A stretch of DNA of 63,907 nucleotides, counting the filler, from Rhizaria sp. SCN 62-66 (taxonomy: Eukaryota), in the NCBI GenBank assembly GCA_001724265.1. It is 6 parts of 6 records of this genome, joined end to end, with 100 filler letters (N's around TTAATTAATTAA, not from the genome) between each part and the next. Parts side by side here need not be neighbours in the genome. Positions count along the whole stretch, not along the records: positions 1 to 13,113 come from MEDY01000545.1; positions 13,214 to 24,570 come from MEDY01000547.1; 4 more parts are not named here. One strand, given 5' to 3'. The notes beneath the pieces were generated by a model, which saw nothing but the letters and a program-made list of their open reading frames with translations, searched no databases and was not told where the DNA came from. Numbering within the stretch: position 1 is the first letter of the stretch; each line of letters starts with the position of its first letter. The translations under genes were made by a program, and so were the position numbers. Below, in pieces: positions 1 through 19,200 of the stretch.

Positions 1-1717
<1,717 letters not shown>

Positions 1718-2175
1718 TGCACGTTTGGATGATGTGAGGTTATTAACCGTTCTCTTTCACTGTTTAAATCTTAAAAATTTGTTTGAATCGCGCGATTTCA
1801 TTGCCAAGTGAGGCATCTGCGCAACGTCTTATGAACACCATATGAACATCGAGTACAATAGAAACTATTCATCAACTTCAACAACAATAATACAACTTAT
1901 TTTCAATCAAATCTGTCTACACCGCTTGTGTACCAACGATGTTTGCGCAATGACAACGAACCCTAGTTGCATGTCGGTGAGAGCTTAAATAAAGTCAATA
2001 GCTGTACTTGTATTGTTAAAATTATCGTTATTGTGAAATATGGCCTAAGTCATATCCTGTATCCCTTAAACATTGTCTTTAGCTGATAACACATGCAACA
2101 TTGATGAAAGCTCTGTTTGCTTTCTCACCCCTACCCATATATTTCAAGCGCTCGCAAGCTCTCTCGCTCGTTCGC

Positions 2176-4793
2176 TCACTGTGACGCCTTGTTACCACCA
2201 CCGCCGCCGAGCAGCGCGCTGATGTTCGCCTTGACGTCGGCTGCGCTGGCGGGCGGGCGCGCCTCGGCCGTGACCATGCGCGCGACCCTGCGGCGGTACG
2301 CGTCGGCCTCGGCCGCGAAGGCCGCCAACTCGCCCGCGCGCTCGCCCACGCTGCCCGCCTCGATGCTGGCCGCGCTGTAGGCCGCCACAGCCGCCGCCAC
2401 GGGGTCCGCGCCCCGGAACGCGCGCCGGCCGCGGCGGCGCAGCGCGCGCGCGCGGGCGCGGGCGTGGACGCCGGCATCGGATTCGAGGTGTTTCGCATCC
2501 GCCGCAGCCGCAGCCGCAGTGTCGGCCTCCTCGTCGTCGGAGTCGCCGTCGCCGTCGTAATCCGAGTCCGAGTCGGAGAGCGCAACGCCGGCGTCAAAGA
2601 CCGCGCGCGCACTGGGCGCGACGCGCGCGGCGAGCGCCTTAGTGGCCCTGTCGGCGGCCTCGGACGCGCCCGCGCCAGCGGCGGCGACGACGGCCTCGGC
2701 CGCGGCGGGCGCGCCGGCCTTGACGGCAACCCAACGCGCCTCCTCAGCCTCGAGCCGCGCTAGCGCCGCTGACAGCGCGCCCGCGCGGCGCCGCAGAGCG
2801 TCGTTGCGCGGGTTCGGCGCCGTCATCCCCGCGTCGGCGTCCGCGCCCGCGAAGCCCGCGCCCGCGCCCGCGCCCGTGAGCGAGGGCGGGTGCTTGGGGA
2901 AGGTATCGGCGCGCGCGGGGATGAAGCGCGTCTCGAGCAGCCGCAGAAAGCGCCGGTTCGTCTCGGCGATCGCGGCGGACACGTAGGGCGCCGCGCGGAA
3001 CGTGGCTAGCGCCGCGGCCGCCTCGTCCGCGGTCGCGTCCTTGTAGAACTGCGTGAGCGCCAGCGCGAAGTCCGTCGCGACGGCGGGGCGGGCAGCAGCC
3101 GCGCCCGCGGCACCGGCGCCCGCGCTACTGCTGCTGCTGCCGCCGCTGGCGTTGGCGTTGGCGTTGGCGTTGGCGTTGGCGGCGGCGGGGACGGGGTCCG
3201 CGGCCTTAAGGCCCATGCGCATACGCGCAGCCAGACTGACGACGCCCGGACCGGCCGGCGCGGCGGCGCCAGCGGGCTCGCTCGCCGCTGCAGCGCCAGA
3301 GGCGTCCTTGTCGCCGCCGCCGCTGCCGCCGTCCGCGGCCGCCAGCGGGTCATAGCAGAAGGCGAACGCGGGCGCCTGCGTGCGCGGGTACGCCACCAGC
3401 GCCCGGACGTCGGGCACCTGCTTCGGCGGCTTGAAGCCCGTCTTGTCGGCCACGGCGGCGGCCACGGCGGCCTCGGCAGCGCGGCGCGCGGCCTCCTCGC
3501 GCGCGCGAGCCTGCGTGCGCTCCGCACGCCGCGCTTCGCGCAGTCGCTCGCGGCGGGCGACCTCGCGGTCGTGCTCGGCCAGCAGCCGCGCGTTGGCCTC
3601 GTTCATCTGCTTTGTCGCCTCCTGCAGCGCGAAGCCGAAGGCGGTACCGATGGGCCACAGGTTGCCGTGGGCGTCGAACTCCTGGCCCGTTGGCGGATTG
3701 CCGAACATGTGGTTGAAGTCGTACGGACCGGGGGGCAAGAACGATTTCGCGTGCTGTGATGCGCAAAAATAAACGAGCGTAGGTAAAAACAGCATTAAAA
3801 AAAAAAAGAGAGATAAGAAAATGCAAGGATAACCAAACTATGTGAGACGCGAATGCCTTCATGACACTCCGCTTGATTGCTTCTTCACGTGAATATGACG
3901 AACCTCGTAGAGCTTGGGCGGGGGCACCTCGCCATCGATGTCGTTGTCCGCGTCAGACTTGGTCTTCGAGCGCGCGCGGGGCTCCGCTCTCGCAGCACCG
4001 ACGCCAGCGCCGCCGGCCGCAGCACCGGCCGCGGCACCGACGGCGGCGGTGGCAGTGGTCCTGCGGCGCCGCGGCAGGGCTGCCGGCGCGGCCCCCGCAG
4101 CGGCGGCGCCGGCGGCGGGGTCGCGGGGGAGCCGAGGCCGCTTGCCGCGCGGGCCCGCGGCGGCCGCGGACGAGGACGAGGACGACGCGAGCTGCTGCGC
4201 GTGCTGGAGCTGCTGCGGCAGCGCGGCGTAGGGCGGGTAGGGCGCGCCGAACATCTGCTGCTGGGGGTGCTGCTGGTGCGGCGGGTAGGCGGGGCCGCCG
4301 AAGGGCGCGGGGGCGTACAGGCCGCCGCCCGCTGCCGCCGCGGGGGGGTAGTACGGCTGTGGCTGCGGGGCGTGCATGGGGTAGGCACCGTAGGGCTGCG
4401 GCTGGGGCCCGTAGAACTGGCCCTGGCCCGGCATCGGCTGCTGCTGCTGCTGCTGCTGCGTGGGTTGCTGTGGCTGCTGGGAGCCGATCATGTGGAAGGA
4501 GAAGTTGCCGTAAGTTGTCAGCGGAGCCGCGCTGTTTGGGGCACAATAGGTAGGGGAGTTATATGATGCATAGGAAAACAATAGCAAAGCAGCCGAACAG
4601 AAAGAAATGAGAAAAAGAGCGCGGAGGGGTGAAGGGAGTGTGTTAGAGTTAGAGGATCCAAGAACAGGGCGGTGTGCTCACACGAGACGATCAGGCAAGA
4701 GATATGAAGTACGTACGTAGTGGTAGCGCGCTCAAGGCGACGGCTCCGGGAGTGGTCCCTGTCGCGGGACTCGCGAGAGGGCCGGCTCGACAT
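2176..4793 (-). CDS. Three-exon gene (4793-4717, 4531-3904, 3753-2176), possibly kinetochore Mis12-complex subunit Dsn1/Mis13-like
   Basis: GTACGT..CAG and GTTCGT..CAG introns join the exons in frame. The spliced motifs EVPPPKLYEHAKSFLP and PNPRNDALRRRAGALSAALARLEAEEARW resemble remembered Dsn1 motifs. The gene model is firmer than the product call. Confidence 0.5.
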
Positions 4794-5842
4794 TGGGGGT
4801 CGCAGGGGAGGAGAGGTCTGAATAGGACAAGGACAGCGAGCGAGTGCAGACGACACGGAGAGCAATCCCAGCGAGGCGATTGAAAACATAGGTAAGGGGA
4901 GACGGGTTATGAAATTGTGAGTTGATACTAAAGACTATAGCATTAGCCCATCTTGGTGTGGCCCAGATGTCGGCTCAAATGAATGGTGTCTCGTGGTGGT
5001 GAGCTCCGAAAGAGTGAAGGCGGGCACGAGTTTGGTAGAGTGCTCAACGGGGTCTCCAGGGCGCACAAACGCATGACATATGGAATGATAACACAGCATC
5101 ATGCTCACTGCATGCAATGTAAACTACATGCACAATAGGCATCCAGTTTGACTGACCATCTGCGACGCTCGGGAAGGAAAACGGTGCTGCTCTGCAACCA
5201 CACGGGAACAAACGGATAAAAAACATATTCGCTATTTTGCGCGAGAAATATAACGTCAGGAGATACAATATTCAAATATACACAAAAATGGCGCATGTGT
5301 TATTTGAATATAAAAATTGATTTTTCTTTCTTTGTCGTATGGTCTTAAAATGGTCTTATTTCGTATGTCGACTCGAGGCTTAACTTTGATGACCGTTGGC
5401 CAACCGACCGACCTGACCGACTGCTCCGACCGCTGACCGAGACAGCAAACGAGAACCCACCACAGGTCAGAATCTTTCACTTCGTGGCATTTCATATATT
5501 GATCGTGAAGTCGCGACCTGGTAGTGTCTAAGGTAGATGGAAGTCTTTTTGTTGTGTAATCAGTTTCAAAATATCATAAGGTTGCGCCTTTCACCTCTAT
5601 TTCTGCTCCCCAATTAGTACTTGTAGAACACGTCCCATCCAAGTTGAGTCGTTCCTCTTTCTAATCCGCATACCCGTGTATCTCCTCGACCGTAACTTTA
5701 GCTTCCCTTGGGTTCACATCTTGCTATCTGCGCGAAATTTAACTTAGCGCTCCTCAGGCCTTCGCACCTTTACTTTCTCTTGTCACGGTCGAAAGGCAGC
5801 TCGCTCGATCACCACATCAACATCTGTTGCGTCCTTTGCAGT

Positions 5843-6522
5843 ATGATTCCGCTCCGCCTGTCCTCTCACGTGACGCGTACATTTGCGTCGTATATTCTCG
5901 CTGCCCCCGCGCTCTTTTGTAGCAGCAGGACCGCTCCCAAGCTCTCTGCCTCGGTGCTCGCCACCAGCAACTGCAGCGTCGGCTCCTGACCGCCTTGGTC
6001 AACAAGCTTGCCGACGCCGTCCTGGCCCCCGGCATTCCGTCTGGTGGCAGCACTACGCGGGACGGCGGAAACGCCGGCGACGCCGCCCTGGCGTCTTTCT
6101 CGTTGTCCCACTCATCCCACCCGTCGCCTTCGCTCCAGCACGCGGTGCCGCCCCCACGACGAGAATCTCAAGAATGGGCTCTCGCCCTGGTTCCGCATCC
6201 ACAGAAACTGTTTCACGCACGGCAGCTTGCTGAGCAACAAGCCGCACGATGGCACGGGTTGCACGCTCAACGGCGAGTACGTGCGGGACCGCCGGCGCTT
6301 CCGCCTCACCACGTCGCGCATCCCCAACGTGTTCTACGCTGTCGCGGCGCTCAAGGCGCTAAAGAGGGACCGGGGCTCCGCAAAGAGGTTGACAAGTTTT
6401 TCCACAGGCTGTTCAACATGAAATCCTTCAGTGACGATCAAAAGGACTGCGTCTTTACGGCGATAGTGCTCCATAACAAGCACACCACGCAGTACTCGTT
6501 CTATAATCCGAGGTCGTGGTGA
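5843..6522 (+). pseudogene. GC-rich coding-like segment broken across three frames
   Basis: Protein-like text switches between ORFs 5708..5989, 5995..6522 and 6008..6421, with no obvious splice signals reconciling them. Confidence 0.35.
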
Positions 6523-7457
6523 GTTGTTAATTTTAGAACCTACCAAGCAAGATAGCGACATTAAATACGGAATAATACCAGAAAGACATCATAGAAATAA
6601 ATGTATAAACTACTTCAATCTTAAAAGAGTGTTGTCTCGAAGTCCTGATGCCAAATGAGTAATCCTTTTAATAATGTAAGCCGCATGTTCTCCTGCTCCT
6701 CCGCAAGTTCCTTCGACCTCTCATCAATCCACCTGAATTGAAGCATCCAAGCTGTTTCACAGGAATTCGTCGTAGGTTACAGAAAGAAGAAGCTTCGATA
6801 ACTTCGAACATTGTACCTCGTCTCGGTTTGATTAATGTATGGCGCATATCAGACAAAGTTGATCGTCGCACTGGCTCGCCCCACTCGAGCCGCTGTCGAC
6901 GCAATTCCAAGCCTGGACATGCATTATCATCTTCTTTTCACGCAACTGCGCTTGGTGCCCGTTGCACAAGCTTGTTATTTTTGCTGGAAGTTGCCCAATT
7001 GTTCATCAGTACTTTCCTCGTCCGCCTCTAACAGGATATGGAAGCACCCGTGGGCGTGGGGTGCGGGGAGACAATCTGTGGCTATCGACGATAGAGAAGC
7101 ATATTCCTGCGCGTGCTTACAAATGTAACAAAGCCATTCAATTAATGCCACGCAATTTCACATCATCTAATAATCGTCAAGAGCAGACCTTTGACCAGTT
7201 ACTGCTTGAATCTTGCTCTCTCCAAAGAGACATCGGAAGCTTCAACTCAACATCACTAAACTTATTGTTTGTTCTTATTTTCCAACTCACTACTTTCTCA
7301 TAACACACACGTCACCACTGTTTTTGTTGATAGTTGGCGTGACACATCTTTGGGATAGAAGTTGTTCTCGCTCCGCAATAATCAAGCGCCTGATCGCCTC
7401 AGGTCAAGTTCTCTCATACCTAATACTGCCCCTCGAGCAGCACTTGTTGTTTCTGCT

Positions 7458-11910
<4,453 letters not shown>

Positions 11911-12449
11911 GTGAGATTACAAAAAATGCTGGGGGAGGGAACAAGAACAAGACTGAGGATACGTTTTGAATCAAGAGGCTATACGAATATGGGACTACTT
12001 AAGACAGTGGTATTTATGAACTCGACCGACATTTGATATACTTACACAAATTTGAAGATAAAATTATGACGAAAGAAAACAAACATAATAAGATATTGAT
12101 AGCAGGATTTGATCATATTATTTCTACAACAAACAAAAAGATACGATACAAGTCACCCATAAAATCGTACGTCATCATCAACAACAAGCGCAAAAGTTGT
12201 TGCTATGAGCCACAGTAGTACGTAGTACATGTAACTTACATGTAACATTAGAATTAGTCGGACGAATATTACGCCGCACAACCAGCAGCAGGTTGTGTTT
12301 TTTGTCTGTTTCAAGAAGAAAACACGTAATATATCGACAAAATGTGTGTGTGTATTTTTAGGAACTACCATGCCTTTCTTCAAAGCCTTATCCGCATTCG
12401 TGTCCATGTATTTTAACTTAATTGCTAAATAACGATAATAACGTTGAAA

Positions 12450-13113
12450 TCAAAAAGTCAGCTCTCGGTACTGTGTCTTCGTGGATCTTCCATCATCTCC
12501 CAGTCTGCCACCAATCTCGTCTTTGTCGCGCACCACGGCAAACGCCCCGAACGCCAGTGGGTCATTACCGTCGTCCCCAGCCTCTACGGGAGGTCCTAGA
12601 TCAAGCGATGGTGCTGCTATATTCGATGCAACAACAGCTTCAAGTTTCGCCTTCGCTTCAAGTCGTGCTTGCGCTTCGAGTTGTGACAGTGGCTGCGACT
12701 GTTGTGCTTGTTCAACACTCGGCCTCGTAGCAGCGCCCGCACTAACTTCATTATTGCTCTGCAGCTTGCTCGATGAATTCGAGGAACGCGTGTTGGAGCT
12801 CGAGCTCGCACATGTTGCTGCCGTGGCGGCAGTCGCGGCGGCGAGTCCCTTGCTCAGTCTGGCGATGGTGGCGCCCAGCTCCGCGCCCTGCCGCTCCAGC
12901 CGCAGCTCCAGCGCCATCACAGCCTCGCGGTGCTCGCGCTCGCGCGCCTCGGCCCTGTTGCGCAGCGCCGCCGCGGCCACCTCGGCCGTCGCCGCCGCCT
13001 CCGCCGCGGCCACGCGCGCGCTCGCGGCGCGCGCCGCCTCCGCCGCCGCCGCGCGTGCCTCCGCGGCGTCCACCGCGGCCCGCATCTCGCCCCTGCCCTC
13101 GGCCCGCGCTGCC
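12450..13113 (-). CDS. 3' part of an Ala-rich coiled-coil protein, truncated by the contig end
   Basis: Open frame from the contig edge to TGA at 12450; heptad-like AEAREREHREAVMALELRLERQGAELGATIARL. Confidence 0.65.
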
Positions 13114-13213
13114 NNNNNNNNNNNNNNNNNNNNNNNNNNNNNNNNNNNNNNNNNNNNTTAATTAATTAANNNNNNNNNNNNNNNNNNNNNNNNNNNNNNN
13201 NNNNNNNNNNNNN
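13114..13213. other. Artificial contig linker
   Basis: 44 N + TTAATTAATTAA (stops in all six frames) + 44 N. Confidence 0.98.
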
Positions 13214-16200
13214 ACTGTTGCCGAACAGCAAACCAGCGTAAGAACTACCGTGACACCGCCGGTCTGCGAGCCACCACTGCACGGAGCAGCAGAAGGGCAC
13301 AGCCAGCGGTTTCCCAGCGACCCTAATAACCCTAATAACCCTAATAACCCTAATAACCTGGAATCCCACAGTCGTCGATGAAGATGTTGTGACTCCAGCA
13401 GGCAGCGAAAAGCAAAAAGAGTCTTCGCCAGCGGAGGGCACGGTGTTGATCTTAAACGACACTGCCATAGCAAAGCTCTCACCGAGACCATTGTAGCCAT
13501 CGCCTTGGACAGTGGAGTTAGTGGCTATATAGACAGGTGAAACTGTGTTAAACTTGCGATCAGTCGCTAAATACCGATACGGCCCTGTCGACGACACAGA
13601 AAGATTAGCTGTGGGCACAAAGATCATGCGCGGCTCAGGGCGAGGTCTTGTGGGAAGCAATACCAAGGACGTATAAGTGGCTGTGCCGGTAAAAAGAAAG
13701 CGGTTAAAATCTGTCAATGTCGACGTGATGCCACGCAGTGTAATTACGGCGCCGGTCTGTGCGGCGAGTGCATCCCGATACTGTGAGCTCAGTTTATGAT
13801 AAATGTTCGTCGTGGTAATGGTGCAGAGGCTATTTAACGCAACGGCGGGGTTCTTATACTTCAGCACAAACTTAAACCCGAGAGCATTTTGCGCAGTCTC
13901 ATACGTCGAATCAGTAAAGCTGAACGGAAATACGTCAAACACAGGCGCCGTTTGAGCGACCACACTCGAAGTGCCACACTTCAGCGAGATTGCTGAGCTG
14001 GGGGAGACGAAAAGGCGCGACTGCTAGTGCTTGACGCCAGTCAACACTGTCATATTTGGGAAAATAACGGAGAGCTCAGCAAACACTGTGCCCGTCTTCG
14101 GAAGGAATACGGGCGTAGTTGTGGTAAAAGTGATCTCCATTGTGAACGCACGCCCATATGCCCCACCGTGTCTAACGGGAGAAAGCGAAAACGCGACTGG
14201 CATTGGAACTGTAAAGTCGGTGCGCAGCGCCATATCCACTGTGCTTTTGGCGATTGCAGTCGTGGCGGCTACGGTCCGATTGTAGCAGACAGTAATGGTC
14301 GCGGTGGGCGGGTTGATAAGCTTTGTGGTGTCAACGGAGACATTGCGACGAAGCATAACAAACGACCTGCCAGCCGGCCAGCCGCCCTTGTCGAATTGAA
14401 TCCACATTGCCCCCGTCGCAGTCACAATGCCACTTGTGCCAATATCTGTACTGGAGTCCGGTATTAATGTATCTGGCAAGGCGAGAGCGAGCTCCGCGGA
14501 GTCCGCTAAATTCGCCCACGACACTGTCATAACAAGGTAGTAATTGGGCGGGATCGGGATTGCAGGCGTCACAATAATACCCATGTCGAGTAGAGTGGCG
14601 GCGGGAGGACCTGGGAAGTTGCCAATCTGAGGGGCAAGAAAGGATGCTCCAACAGTATTCCAGTCTGGAAACACGTACATCGTCTGCAGAAGAGCTGCGG
14701 CAACAGTGCCCATTCCACTATCGAGCGCCACCAGCGACGTGGTTACAATATACGCGGGTAAAGGATGAGAAAAGTACACGTTTTGCGTGACTGAATACGT
14801 CGTGTTCGAAATGCACATGATGCCGGCGATAGTAAGGGAAGGTAGCGAGATATTGGCAAACCGCAGCGACAGAGTGCTTGTGGGTACACCCCACTCTTCC
14901 GGACGCTGCTGCGTGTAGGCCGCGAGCTGCGTGTTGTACGCCGATTTGTCTACACTAAGCGCGGTCACAGAAGGAAAGAAGCTACACTGTGGACCGAGAG
15001 TAATCTCAACAGTAGCCTCGCTTAACATCCCAGGCGGAAGAGCGAAGAGATTTGTTGTAATCGCTGACGATGTTAAACCAGATAATCCGTGCGTAATTGT
15101 AGCTTCGGAGATGGAGTATGCGGGCGTCATCGAGACCGAAGCTGGCAATATCGCCTCAAACATGAAGCGAGTAAGGCCGCCAGTGGAAACGAGCTCAAGC
15201 AGATATGCTTCCCCTGCGGTGTGACTGACTGGAAGAGCAAGTGAGATAGTCAGCACAGCACTGGCATTCCCCAAGCAAAAGTATTGCGGTAGGTCAATCA
15301 GACTCAGCTTCATTGAAGAAAACGGACTCAGTGGCGCGACGGCAAGAGTTTGAACGCTCGTGCCGCCTGCAATCAATGGCACCGTCAGCTTGAAGTCTGC
15401 AGAGCTAAGAACCGTTAAAACAGCAGCCGTCCGCATTGATAATGGCAATGTAAGTACGAAGTACTCATCAGGATTAACAATCACATTTCCGCCGGCGCAG
15501 AGTGTTGCAGATGCTGTTAACGTATGCGTTAAGCCCGTAGTTGTTGCATTGTTTGTGTACGATTGAACAGATCCACGGACCACGTCGAAAAGACCACTAT
15601 ACAGTTGCTGATTTTTGCTATTCAAAATTGAAACCGCAATCTCAGAGCGCTCCTCCGTCACAGTGCCAAAGTCGGTGTTCTCGATCCAAAGGGTCAATTC
15701 TGGGCCCGTTAGCGCAGAGCAGTTTGTGAGCGAGCATTCAATAGCGCGCACGGCGTCGGGTGGCGTGCCCTCTGTTGCAGCGCATATCAGGTCGCAAGAG
15801 TTAGAGAATTTATCGGTGAGTGAAGCTTGTACAGCCATTGTAAGCGTTGTCGAGGTGACAAAGCGCACCGTCGCTGGCGAGCCTTGGAGCATGATCTGCA
15901 GTGTTTGCGCTGCTGAGACGCTCTGGGTCCAATAAGGGACGTTGATAACAGCGCGCATTATGCCATAGTTTTTGCCAGTCTCAAGTGAATGGGTAACACT
16001 TGTCACTGCAATCGAGTATGGACCTGCTGCAAGAACTGGAATCACCGCGATCGCGCGTAGTGTGGTGTGTGAAAGCAGCCTTAACTCAATCTCCTGCTCA
16101 CCAATGAGTTGGACGCAAGAGATTGTGACACGTATGGTGAATGCACTGGTCCCAGCGTCAATACATGTGTTCAGAGCAATATTAGCACCGTCAGCCACAG

Positions 16201-19200
16201 GCGTGCAAAGAGAGCTCACAGGGGCAGGTTGCAAACGCGAGACACTATCGAGTTTGACGTCTGTGGGTGTCACGTGCGGCGGGACATCGCGAGTGACAAG
16301 AGCAAGCTCCAAACTTGCAGTGACGTCGTTGACCAAAGACCATGCCACGTCGCATGTCACTGTGTAGCGAGCCGTACCAACAGAGTGAGTGCAAGAACCT
16401 GCCACCACGCGATCCGGAGCGTCGGAGAGGTTGATATCCTTACTAGCGTAAGCAAATGACGCCGAAACAGCAGTAGAGTCAGCACAAAAGCCAATGTTCA
16501 TAAGCTTGTGCATATAGTCTGTCATTACAGCAGATGTCGTGCGGCTTCCGACGAGCTCCACAATAACAGCAGTCTGATCCGTTGGCGCCGTAACGGTTAC
16601 TTGCTCGATGAGCAGGAAAACACTGGTGTTAACCATAGCCGAGATGTACGGAAGTGTGATAATGCCCGCTGCGTCGACACTCGCAAGCACGCTTGCAGAA
16701 CCGGTGCCCACGATCACACTGTACGCAGCAAAGTCGTAGCTGAGACCAGTAAGAGGCAGGGTAATCACGATGTTCATCGCAAAGTAGCTCTTTGTTGTTT
16801 GCGTCAATAGGAACACAATTGTCATCATCCGCTCATTAATTCCCGAGACAGTGATCAATGCGCTGTTGATACTCAGTGGAGGAGCAGGAGTCTGCTGCGG
16901 TTGGAGCGCGTTCGGCAAGACAGTAATAGGAACCTGCGTGTCAAAGTCCCTCGACAAGTCGCGACCGAGCGTGTTAATGGTAAGCAACTGCAAAGGATTA
17001 GATGGGCCTGCAGCAAAGCTCCGTGCTACAGGGAGGCGATACGTGCAAGGTGCATTGCGCGTGCAGGGATCTGCGACTGGCCCAACTTGATAAGCTGGTT
17101 CAAGAATGATAGTTGCTACATACGATGATGTCGGCTCGATGTGAGTAACTCCAGCAACTCCAGGATCATAGTTGTCCGTGAAATCGTATGCGTAGTCACC
17201 GTTAGTGTGAAGAACAAGCTCAATCGCAGTGACAGCTGGAGAAAAAAACCAGTCAAAGAATGAGACTTGGAGATGTAGCTTTGCATCTGGGTGTAAGTCA
17301 AGCCCCTGTGTCCGGTCCACTGAAACCTGCAGTGGTGGAGGTGCACTGACAGTGTGAAGCGGAGCTCCTGCGGTTGATGTGGACCCGAACGCGATCTTTA
17401 CAGTAAAGCATGAAGATGCAAATTGCGCAGGGTTATCAAACGTGGCACTCTCGGCGGGGTCAAGTTGAAGGTGAGAGAAGCCAAACACAAATGGCTGCGA
17501 TGGGTCGAAAGGCCCATCGATGCATGTGACTGTGAGCGTTGTTGCAGTCACGCTTGCGAGTGTACAACCCGTTGTGCTAGCATAGAAGGCGTTGTCGACA
17601 AAGCTCGATTTAGGTGACACAGGACATGTCTCGGAGTTTGCACTTAAGAATACAACGATGCTAATTGTCGGTGCATCGATGACGTCCGTAAGTACAGCGC
17701 TGACATCAAGACGTGCCAGGTGCAGCGCTGCAGTGGAGTCGCGCGTGAGTGTAACGCCGTACATAAACACGGTTGACAAAGGAATTGTACCAATCTCAAC
17801 ATCATGTACCGGAGACAGTGTCGTCACTGGTTCTGCGGTCCTTGTTAAAATGAAGCAGTTCTTAGGAATGAGTTCTGTGTTCCTAAAGTCACTCTCATCG
17901 GCGTGCTCGAGGAAATAGGCAGCCGAAACGCGGAAGCCAATGTACTTTGGTTGAGGTGTTGGAATGCATGCTGCGGGGACGGAAAGCGTTGTAAAGCCGC
18001 CGCTGTAGCGATCTGTGCATTCATTTGCGTCCTGATTGAGAAGGTTCACTGGTTGATTACTGGTGTAGATACCGCAGTTGGCGGCCAGCGAGAAAGTGTA
18101 ATCTTCGACTGGCGAGCGCAATGGGAACACAAAGATGTGCATATCTGCGGTCAAGTCCGTTGCGACCCAGGAGTGCGCAGCAAGCACAATGTGGAAAGCA
18201 AATGGTAGCACACCCGAGTCCAGCGGGTCTGTTAGGGGCTGACCAAGGAACGCGTTTGCCACCTAGGAGACGAGCTCACCAGATGCGTACGTGACATCGA
18301 GGATAAAGGTAAAGTCTGTGTTAGCAAACGAGCTGAGCTCGTAAGGAACGCGAAACTTCGCAGATAACAACGTGAACCGGAGCGCAGATACCGCGCAATC
18401 AATCATCTTGCCGGCAACCTTGCTTGCGCACGTGTCTGAGAGGACGGGCGCACCGACAAACTGTGTTGACAGAGCATAGATGTAGCTCACAGTGAAAGAT
18501 GAAACTTTGCGGAAGAAGAAAATCTTGGCAAGGTAAGTTTGGTCAGTCATAGCCAGCACAACTGGTGGTTCAGTGGCGTTTTTGACTGAAGCTGACACGA
18601 CTTTGGTCAATTGATGTGACACAACAACGGCAGCAGGAGAGTTCTGAATGATATCATCGTCGATGTCGGTGTTCTGCTGTGGGATAATCGCTGAATAGGC
18701 AGTCATTCCTGCCACACCCGCTTCTGTGGTGGACGTTCTAAACAAGCTGTTGTAGTCAGCATATGTGGTCCGCACAGGGCCAAAACGAATCACTTGCGGG
18801 GCGAAGCGAAAGTTGCCAACGCTTATAACTGCGCCACAATCACTGAATCGCAGATCTGTTGCATTATCAGCAGTAACTGTGCATGGTAGTTTGGCATAGG
18901 GCGTTGTCGACGGTTGCGCTGTCACATTTGGACTGAAAACAAGAGCTGGATGACTTATCGCTTGTGAAGTAAAGTTTATACTCCAGTTTGCAGCCAGTTC
19001 TTTGTGCGCAAAAATAATCACTTCCCACATCACATTAACAGGCGCAGTTGCATGCTCAGTCTCCGTTGGACTTACTGCCACGTCAAGGCTAGCTGTAACG
19101 GGGTACCACACAAAGTCAAGGTCGCGTGTAATGGCCTTGTCAAGCGTGACGGTGGACGTACCAGCCTTTGCAACGGTATCTGTAGTGCTTGTCAAGGATA

